Source of the DNA: Candidatus Saccharimonadota bacterium
GTDB lineage: Bacteria; Patescibacteriota; Saccharimonadia; Saccharimonadales; Saccharimonadaceae
Direction: 5' to 3'
Assembly (NCBI GenBank): GCA_000503915.1
Contig: CP006915.1
Location: forward strand, 600,001 to 632,000
DNA length: 32,000 nt
Shown: positions 26,186-32,000 of the stretch, piece by piece
How positions within the stretch are numbered: the stretch's first letter is position 1
How the letters are laid out: the number at the start of each line of letters is the position of its first letter
Translations under genes and position numbers: made by a program
The notes under the pieces: generated by a model
Database searches by the model: none
Seen by the model: the letters and a program-made list of their open reading frames with translations, nothing else
What the model was told of the DNA's origin: nothing

Positions 26186-26246
26186 CTAAATGGTGTGATT
26201 TATGCGTTATGCTGGTAGGTACTAAAATGACTTGAAGGGAGCAGCG

Positions 26247-27383
26247 ATGAACGCACTTGTCAGCGTGGTGACTGGCTTCGCGTATAAACGGATGATTAAG
26301 CCGGTTTTGTTTCGGTTTTCACCGGATAAAGTACATGACCGCATGATCCGCAGTGGCGCGCGCTTGCAGTGTCATCAAAGTGTCCGGACACTTCTTGTAA
26401 AGAGTTTGCGCTATGACAACCCTGTCAGGCTGCAACAGACGCTCCATGGGATCACGTTCCCTACTCCGATTGGATTGTCGGCCGGGCTTGATAAAAATTT
26501 CGAGCTCGTTCCGTTGATGCATGCAGTTGGCTTTGGCTTTATGGAAGGTGGCTCAATCACACTTCGGCCGTGTGCTGGTAATCCACGCCCATGGTTCTAT
26601 CGCTTGCCGAAGTCGAAGTCGTTGGTCGTCCACGCCGGCCTGGCAAATCATGGTGCGCCTGAGATTATCGGTCGTTTACGTACTGACGCGAGGCATCTGC
26701 CGACAGGTTTTCCACTTAATGTTTCGGTGGCCAAAACGAATTCGCCGGAAGCAGTCAGCGATACTGATGCGATCAGTGACTATGTTGGTAGTTTGTCACT
26801 CTTAAAGACAGCTGGTATTGGTGCCATGTATACACTCAATATATCGTGCCCCAATACGTATGGGGGCGAGCCATTCACGACGCCGGCGAAGCTGGATAAA
26901 CTGCTTGCAGAGGTCGACAAGCTCAAGTTGCAGAAGCCGGTCTTTATCAAAATGCCGATCGATCTCACTTGGGATAAATTCTGCCATCTTTTGAAAGTTG
27001 CCGAGCAACACAAGGTGGCGGGCGTAACGATCGGTAACCTTACTAAGAGACGTGAGTCGCTACGAGATCGTCTGCCGCAGTCGGTTAAAGGACACCTGAG
27101 CGGTTTACCGACTCGTGAGCAATCAACCTATCTAATTCATCAAACGTACCAAAAATTTGGTGACCGCTTCACAATCATTGGCGTTGGTGGCGTATTTTCG
27201 GCTGCGGACGCTTATGACAAAATCCGACACGGTGCCCATCTGGTAGAGCTGGTAACCGGCATTATCTTTGAAGGACCGCAGCTAGTGGGACAAGTGAACC
27301 GTGACTTAGTAAAGCTTTTAGAGCGCGATGGTTTTAGGAATGTAGCTGAGGCGGTTGGTTCGGCCACATCATCAGCTGACTGA
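26247..27383 (+). CDS. pyrD: Dihydroorotate dehydrogenase, class-2-like architecture
   Basis: GLSAGLDKNFE, GFGFMEGGSITLRP, LNISCPNT, GHLSGLPT and IIGVGGVFSAADAYDKIRHGA. Start placed at ATG 26247 after AAGGGA; the track uses TTG 26232. Confidence 0.85.
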   Translation: MNALVSVVTGFAYKRMIKPVLFRFSPDKVHDRMIRSGARLQCHQSVRTLLVKSLRYDNPVRLQQTLHGITFPTPIGLSAGLDKNFELVPLMHAVGFGFMEGGSITLRPCAGNPRPWFYRLPKSKSLVVHAGLANHGAPEIIGRLRTDARHLPTGFPLNVSVAKTNSPEAVSDTDAISDYVGSLSLLKTAGIGAMYTLNISCPNTYGGEPFTTPAKLDKLLAEVDKLKLQKPVFIKMPIDLTWDKFCHLLKVAEQHKVAGVTIGNLTKRRESLRDRLPQSVKGHLSGLPTREQSTYLIHQTYQKFGDRFTIIGVGGVFSAADAYDKIRHGAHLVELVTGIIFEGPQLVGQVNRDLVKLLERDGFRNVAEAVGSATSSAD

Positions 27384-28098
27384 CGGAATGTGACTGTAAA
27401 TAGTCGAAGTGAATGCTCTGTGTTCCCGCTACGAGCAGCACGTTTTGCTCGTCGCCCTTCGCCTGGTGTGGGTCGGCCTGGTAAAGTTCGCAGGCCGGGA
27501 ACACTTCCAAAAATGTCGCCATCATTTCGTGCGCAAGCTGCTGACGGCGGCCGATAAACTGTGAGATGAAATTGATCGTGACAACTCCACTCTCGGTTAG
27601 GTGTTGCTGATATAGCACAGCAGCGGTATGTTCGAGTAAGTGAATTGGTGTCGTAAAACCATGAAAGGCGTCGATGATGATCATGTCGTACTGACCCGTC
27701 GTTTGCTCGAGAAAAGCCCGGCCATCGCCGGTGAAGATTTGAAAGCGGTTTTCGGTCGGCACGCGAAAGAAGTCGTGTGCCAACTGAATGAGCAGTGGGT
27801 CTATCTCGACGACGTCAATTTTCATATCAGCAAATCGGTCATAGACGGCAACGGGCAACATCAATACACCACCGCCAATTACCAGTATTTTTTTCGGCTG
27901 CGCGCTCTCGATCATCTCCAGGAAGCGCTGATTGTAATCAAATAAAAGTTCACCTTCGTCGTCCAGTGCTACACCGGACTGGGGTGTATTTTTGTCGCCG
28001 TAGAGTAGCCGAGCCCGCCTGCCGCTGTAGATCGTATCAACAACTTCGTAGCTGCCATAACTGCTCTTGCCGGAATATAATCTACGCCGTCTACTCAT
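27334..28098 (-). CDS. Spermidine synthase-like (polyamine aminopropyltransferase family) protein
   Basis: ILVIGGGVLML, VVEIDP, TGDGRAFL and YDMIIIDAF motifs of the spermidine-synthase fold. Confidence 0.75.
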   Translation of the reverse strand: MSRRRRLYSGKSSYGSYEVVDTIYSGRRARLLYGDKNTPQSGVALDDEGELLFDYNQRFLEMIESAQPKKILVIGGGVLMLPVAVYDRFADMKIDVVEIDPLLIQLAHDFFRVPTENRFQIFTGDGRAFLEQTTGQYDMIIIDAFHGFTTPIHLLEHTAAVLYQQHLTESGVVTINFISQFIGRRQQLAHEMMATFLEVFPACELYQADPHQAKGDEQNVLLVAGTQSIHFDYLQSHSVSQLMMWPNQPPQLHS

Positions 28099-28118
28099 GT
28101 ATTTAGTATACCGCTCGT

Positions 28119-28283
28119 CTAGTCGGTGCGTTTGGTCATCATCTTGAGGTTGGAGACGTACTGCAGGCAGTCGAGATTTGGAAATTGGCTCATGTACCGC
28201 ATGTGCTTCTCGACGAAACCGAGTCCATTGACGTCTTGGGCAGAATACATGGTGCGGGTATTGTACTGCTGGCTTTTTACCAT
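28119..28283 (-). CDS. Hypothetical 54-aa protein (below the ORF-track size cutoff)
   Basis: Product: MVKSQQYNTRTMYSAQDVNGLGFVEKHMRYMSQFPNLDCLQYVSNLKMMTKRTD*. TAGAAT (28297-28292) ends 8 nt before the ATG. The stop lies 20 nt upstream of the spermidine-synthase-like gene. Confidence 0.45.
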   Translation of the reverse strand: MVKSQQYNTRTMYSAQDVNGLGFVEKHMRYMSQFPNLDCLQYVSNLKMMTKRTD

Positions 28284-28442
28284 CTTTACTAATTCTACCT
28301 GTACCAGCTTTCCTTGTGGTGACTCGGAAAATGATTTTATTCGTGTGTTGATATGCTCTTGCCTCTTTACATTTTATCGAGCAAAAGTTCCTAAGCCTTG
28401 GCGGTAAGAATGATATGCTTCTCTTCTATTATATCACGAATA

Positions 28443-28471
28443 TTGTAAAAATGGCTACTTTAGGCTATAAT
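28443..28471 (+). promoter_or_regulatory. Sigma70-like promoter (TTGTAA, 17-nt spacer, TATAAT)
   Basis: -35 at 28443-28448 and -10 at 28466-28471. Back to back with a minus-strand TGaTATAAT (28436-28428). Confidence 0.55.
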
Positions 28472-28496
28472 GGTAGTTTAATACGAATGGAGAAAC

Positions 28497-28583
28497 ATGG
28501 CTAAACAGAAAAATCGTCATAGCGCCGATATCAAGCGAGCACGCAAGCGAAAATTGAAGTCAAACAAGCAAAGCAACGCGTAA
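28497..28583 (+). CDS. Hypothetical 28-aa highly basic peptide
   Basis: Product: MAKQKNRHSADIKRARKRKLKSNKQSNA*. GGAGA lies 5 nt upstream of the ATG, and a promoter lies ~25 nt upstream. Confidence 0.4.
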   Translation: MAKQKNRHSADIKRARKRKLKSNKQSNA

Positions 28584-28614
28584 ACCACTCGGTTCTCGAG
28601 CTTAAAGTAGATAC

Positions 28615-28893
28615 ATGATCAGAGAGCTCCAGTTCGCAATTGATTGGCTGGTTCGTGGCAAAGACGGGCGAGCCTATATCTTCCAGTTCCCTAACCTATC
28701 GATCATTGGCTGGTTTGCTAGTATGGTTATTGCACAGCTTACTACGGCGAATCTAAAAACAGGATTTTCCAGTATCAGCTTTGCTTTTCTTTCGATCTGG
28801 TGCTATCTGGAGATAACACAAGGCTCATCAAGGTTCAGGCGAATACTCGGTGGCGTGGTCGCGATAGTGTTGGCGTATGGGTTGTTTGGGTGA
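28615..28893 (+). CDS. Hypothetical small membrane protein (92 aa)
   Basis: Two to three hydrophobic helices (LSIIGWFASMVIAQL, ISFAFLSIWCYL, ILGGVVAIVLAYGLF). TAAAGT ends 6 nt before the ATG. Confidence 0.55.
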   Translation: MIRELQFAIDWLVRGKDGRAYIFQFPNLSIIGWFASMVIAQLTTANLKTGFSSISFAFLSIWCYLEITQGSSRFRRILGGVVAIVLAYGLFG

Positions 28894-28927
28894 GCGGTAC
28901 CTGGCCTTTGACTAACGTTTGTATATT

Positions 28928-29455
28928 TCAATAATTTCCTAATTTGCAGTATTCTTTCAGTATATTTTCAATATGCGCGGGAGGTGCTACCGCATTAATA
29001 ATGGGGATATTTCTATGGTGGGCGGTGTGTAGCCACTTTTTATGTGCTGTTTTTATTCTTAATTGTTCGGACGCCGTCCTGCCGTAGTTATGCTCTCGTT
29101 CATTATGCTCGAATCTATGAGCGAGTTCTTCTTGAGCAAGCCCTAGGTAGAAGACCTTATCAAATAGACTAAATGCATCAGTTATATTAGCTGCCCAGCC
29201 GAAAATAATAATGGGGTTGGGCTGGTCATCCAGGTATCCCTTTAAAAAATCTAACTGCCACATCCGATTCGCTATCCGTCTGCTTCTATAGGCGCCTGTC
29301 TGTACTGCATGCGTAACATCCTTACCGTCTCGGGTAATAAACTTCGAGAGACCTACTATATAATCTCCGTCAAAAGCGTTATATCCACGGTTCATCATAT
29401 AATTAGACATGTAGGTCTTACCGGCAAACGGAACACCGAGAACAAGTATTTTCAT
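28928..29455 (-). CDS. P-loop NTPase / nucleotide-kinase-like protein
   Basis: MKILVLGVPFAGKTY has a Walker A at the extreme N-terminus. Size 175 aa. Codon usage is AT-rich relative to neighbouring genes. Confidence 0.65.
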   Translation of the reverse strand: MKILVLGVPFAGKTYMSNYMMNRGYNAFDGDYIVGLSKFITRDGKDVTHAVQTGAYRSRRIANRMWQLDFLKGYLDDQPNPIIIFGWAANITDAFSLFDKVFYLGLAQEELAHRFEHNEREHNYGRTASEQLRIKTAHKKWLHTAHHRNIPIINAVAPPAHIENILKEYCKLGNY

Positions 29456-29510
29456 TTAATCCATCTTACACAGGTGATTAGCCGTGGTAAAGGGCTCGAT
29501 AACTTTCTTC

Positions 29511-29585
29511 TGGCTGGGCCGGCAGGATTCGAACCTGCGAATGCCAGGACCAAAACCTGGTGCCTTACCACTTGGCCACGGCCCA
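29511..29585 (-). tRNA. tRNA-Gln (anticodon UUG), CCA encoded
   Basis: TGGGCCG-TG-GCCAAGTGGTAAGGC-A-CCAGG-TTTTGGT-CCTGG-CATTC-GCAGG-TTCGAAT-CCTGC-CGGCCCA-G-CCA. U1-A72 and G73 are as in bacterial tRNA-Gln. TGaTACAAT promoter element at 29643-29635. Confidence 0.93.
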
Positions 29586-29662
29586 CTGAAAGCCAGAAGA
29601 GAACTATCGAATTGTCACCCTTAGAACGTTAGTTATTGTATCATGGTTTACCCTTTCATATC

Positions 29663-29692
29663 AAAACTCTGCCTCGGGGTAGCGAGACAGAG
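29663..29692 (-). terminator. Rho-independent terminator of greA
   Basis: The minus strand reads CTCTGTCTCG-ctaccc-CGAGGCAGAG (10 bp, one G-U), followed by TTTT. Confidence 0.7.
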
Positions 29693-29719
29693 TCTTGGTG
29701 ATATATAGGGGTAGACCGT

Positions 29720-30193
29720 CTAAGCTATCCCGATGAGAGTGAACTTGTTGGTGCGAATCCCATTGCCCCAGTGGATCGTCTCCTGGATACGCTTGCCGAT
29801 CAGTGACTGGCCAAGCGGGCTACTGATCGAGATACGGCCATCGCTAGGGTTTGCTTCGATACTGTCAACCAGTGTGTAGCGGATGAGACGGCCACTGGAG
29901 TCGACTAAGTCAACGACCGAGCCGAGCGAGGCAATCAGCGCGTCGCGCTTACGTGGAAAGAGCTTGGCGGTAGATAGGTACATTTGCTTGTCGGCCAGCT
30001 GGCTCTCGACTATTTCGAGATCGGCGAGTTTCTCGACACGCGCTAGGCGGTGTTCGTGGTTGTCGGTCTTGTCGAGCTCGTGCAACTCTTTGATGATGCG
30101 TTGTTGCTTGCGCTCGAGCTTAGCGACGGACTTTTTAAGTTCTTTCATGCCTTTTTTGCTGAGAAGAATAGTTTTCTGTTGGATTGTTTGCAT
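29720..30193 (-). CDS. greA: Transcription elongation factor GreA
   Basis: N-terminal coiled coil and a C-terminal GSVVDLVD...YTLVDSIEANPSDGRISISSPLGQSLIGKR (Gre C-terminal domain). GGAGGG Shine-Dalgarno. Confidence 0.85.
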   Translation of the reverse strand: MQTIQQKTILLSKKGMKELKKSVAKLERKQQRIIKELHELDKTDNHEHRLARVEKLADLEIVESQLADKQMYLSTAKLFPRKRDALIASLGSVVDLVDSSGRLIRYTLVDSIEANPSDGRISISSPLGQSLIGKRIQETIHWGNGIRTNKFTLIGIA

Positions 30194-30306
30194 ATTTATC
30201 CCTCCGTTTTAGTTCTCGTGTTCTTGTTTGTCGGCGGATAGTACCACCGTACGCCATTTACTATACGACTTGAATCTGAGAGGAATCTGAAAAAATCGTC
30301 AAAAAA

Positions 30307-31332
30307 CTAACGATTTTTTCGTACATGGGGTAAGGACACTCGAAACGTCGTCAGCTTACCGGGGGTGCTGCTGGCTTGAATCTGTCCGTCATGAAGCTCG
30401 ACGATCTTTCGAGCCAGTGACAACCCGAGCCCGTAGCTCTTGGTAGTCTGGCGTGAGGTACGAGAGCGATCGGCACGGTAGAAACGCTTGAAGATATGCG
30501 GCAAGTCCTCCTGACTAATCCCCTGCCCTTCATTACTAATCTCAAGCTTCGCGGTGCGGCCGTTTGACGATAAGGTGACTCTGGCGACCGTGTCTGGTGG
30601 GCTGTACTTGAGCGCGTTGTCGAGTAGGATGGCTGCCAGATCACCGATCATGGTAATATTGCCGTCTATCAGCACGGCATTTTTGGGATGGTGGAACTTT
30701 ATTCTGCGGTTTCGCTCGCTTGAAAAAGTGGCGACTGCCGAAGTGAGGATAGCCGTGAGATTGACGCGCTCGCCACGCGGGATATCGGAATAGTCGAGCC
30801 GAGAAAGCTGGAGTAAAGTCTGTGACAAGCCGGCTAATTTGTCGACTTCTTCGAGGTTGCTTTCGAGCGTCTGGCGAAGCTCCGCGGGGGTGATGTGTTT
30901 ATCGCGCAAAGCCACCTGGATTTCTGATTTCATAACTGCGAGCGGCGTCTTGAGCTCGTGACTGGCGTCACTCGTAAAACGCGACTGGGCTTCGTGTGCC
31001 GCTTCGATCGGCCGGAGTGTACGACGTGCCAGCAGGAATGAAACGATACCACCGATACCAAGCACACTGAGATTCATATAAAGGAGTCCAAAAAAGATGC
31101 TCACTTTTGCTTCGCGCGTTTGGTGCATGCGTACTTCGTTGAGCGTCGTCGTACCGGGCAGTATCAACGTCTGACCACCCTCGAGACGTATTTGGAACTG
31201 CTCTAGGCGGCTACTGATCTCGTTGGTCGAGAGCTCAAAGATCAAGCCGCTAAACAGTAGACTGACGACCATGATAACGAGTAAGTACCAGGCGGTTAGC
31301 TGGAGAGTAGCGGAAGCGAACATCTGGCGCAT
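30307..31332 (-). CDS. Sensor histidine kinase (HisKA + HATPase_c)
   Basis: Two N-terminal TM helices, H-box SDASHELKTPL, N-box LLDNALKYSP, and G-boxes NEGQGI and YGLGLSLARKIVELHDG. Confidence 0.88.
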   Translation of the reverse strand: MRQMFASATLQLTAWYLLVIMVVSLLFSGLIFELSTNEISSRLEQFQIRLEGGQTLILPGTTTLNEVRMHQTREAKVSIFFGLLYMNLSVLGIGGIVSFLLARRTLRPIEAAHEAQSRFTSDASHELKTPLAVMKSEIQVALRDKHITPAELRQTLESNLEEVDKLAGLSQTLLQLSRLDYSDIPRGERVNLTAILTSAVATFSSERNRRIKFHHPKNAVLIDGNITMIGDLAAILLDNALKYSPPDTVARVTLSSNGRTAKLEISNEGQGISQEDLPHIFKRFYRADRSRTSRQTTKSYGLGLSLARKIVELHDGQIQASSTPGKLTTFRVSLPHVRKNR

Positions 31333-31335
31333 AGG

Positions 31336-32000
31336 CTACTTGTCTTCCAATTTGTAGCCGAAGCCGCGAATCGTTTGCAGTAAGGACGTTTTGAATGGCT
31401 TGTCGATTTTCGTGCGCAGGTATTTTATATAGACCTCAACCGTATTGGGGAGGATATCGGCGTCGTAGTCCCAGACATGCTGGATGATCATGTCTTTATT
31501 GGCCGGGCGATGCTTGTTGCGTAGGAGATACTCGAGCAAGCTAAACTCTTTGGCGGTTAACGTAATGTCCTGGCCCGCTCTGGTGACGCGTTTGTTGACA
31601 GTGTCGAGCTCGAGGTCGGCGATATTGAGAGTGTTTGGTTGGTGCGAGGCGGGACGGCGGAGCAGCGCACGCAGTCGTGCCAATAGTTCCTCGATAGCGA
31701 AGGGCTTTGTCAGGTAATCGTCGGCGCCGCTATCAAGCCCCATCGTCTTGTCTTCGATGCGGCCGAGGGCAGTTAAAAGCAGGATTGGCACATGGATTCC
31801 TTGCTCGCGGACGGCCTTAACGATCCCGATGCCGTCGTACTCGCCGGGGATCATGCGATCGATAATCATCGCATCGTATGGTTCGGTCGTTGCCATGGCA
31901 TAGCCATCATCACCGTCATACGAAACATCGACGGCGTAATGCTCTTGCTCGAGCGCTCGCTTGAGCGCCTGGGCAATCTTATGTTCATCTTCAACAACAA
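31336..32000 (-). CDS. OmpR-family response regulator (N-terminus cut by the window end)
   Basis: The frame stays open upstream of the track start (..VVEDEHKIAQALKRALEQEHYAVDVSYDGDDGYAMATTEPYDAMIIDRMIPG). Has a conserved Lys region (LTKPF) and a winged-helix C-terminus (IQTIRGFGYKL). The stop lies 3 nt before the kinase ATG. Confidence 0.9.
   Translation of the reverse strand, partial: VVEDEHKIAQALKRALEQEHYAVDVSYDGDDGYAMATTEPYDAMIIDRMIPGEYDGIGIVKAVREQGIHVPILLLTALGRIEDKTMGLDSGADDYLTKPFAIEELLARLRALLRRPASHQPNTLNIADLELDTVNKRVTRAGQDITLTAKEFSLLEYLLRNKHRPANKDMIIQHVWDYDADILPNTVEVYIKYLRTKIDKPFKTSLLQTIRGFGYKLEDK

Noticed and set aside
26181-26198. NrdR box upstream of nrdJ.
   Set aside because: The ACAC and GTGT arms are separated by 6 nt, not the 8 nt of the NrdR consensus as I recall it. 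There is no second box about three helical turns away. The adjacent site fits the CRP consensus exactly.
28126-28407. Track ORF of 93 aa (+).
   Set aside because: Cys/Phe-rich, with no start signals. It is antisense to a better 54-aa ORF and crosses a promoter region.

Overview
This is a gene-dense 32-kb stretch of a compact bacterial chromosome, roughly half G+C by eye. I cannot name the organism. A type IV pilin, B12-dependent NrdJ, tiny intergenic spacers and many leaderless-type promoters fit a reduced-genome lineage such as Saccharibacteria/Patescibacteria, but that is inference only.

Supported genes: cmk; two divergent GT4 glycosyltransferases; an alpha/beta hydrolase; an ABC-F ATPase; a glutaredoxin-like protein; a complete F1Fo ATP synthase operon (atpZ-like gene, then atpB-E-F-H-A-G-D-C); a type IV pilin; Dus; a UvrD-type helicase fused to a PD-(D/E)XK nuclease; an RlmD/TrmA-type RNA methyltransferase; 5-formyl-THF cyclo-ligase; MscS; a Crp/Fnr regulator; class II ribonucleotide reductase (nrdJ); pyrD; a spermidine-synthase-like protein; tRNA-Gln(UUG); greA; and a HisKA/OmpR two-component pair, with the response regulator cut by the window edge. 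No rRNA, CRISPR array or transposase was seen.

The most unusual locus is 15653-16378, all on the minus strand. A consensus promoter sits 1 nt after the helicase stop. It is followed by a leader hairpin, a tRNA-shaped element with a 10-nt anticodon loop and a broken D stem, five consecutive long hairpins in an abruptly GC-rich ~0.5-kb island, and a 55-codon GC3-rich ORF. A 14-bp perfect inverted repeat brackets the whole module.

Other findings:
- a ~240-nt structured RNA with its own extended -10 promoter and a terminator-like hairpin (4738-4991)
- a perfect TGTGA-N6-TCACA site between nrdJ and pyrD, near the Crp/Fnr gene
- a recurrent leaderless promoter layout
- a frameshifted small membrane ORF
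- three unlisted ORFs under 60 aa
- an AT-rich islet next to tRNA-Gln
- a class-2-like PyrD with Cys at the catalytic-base position
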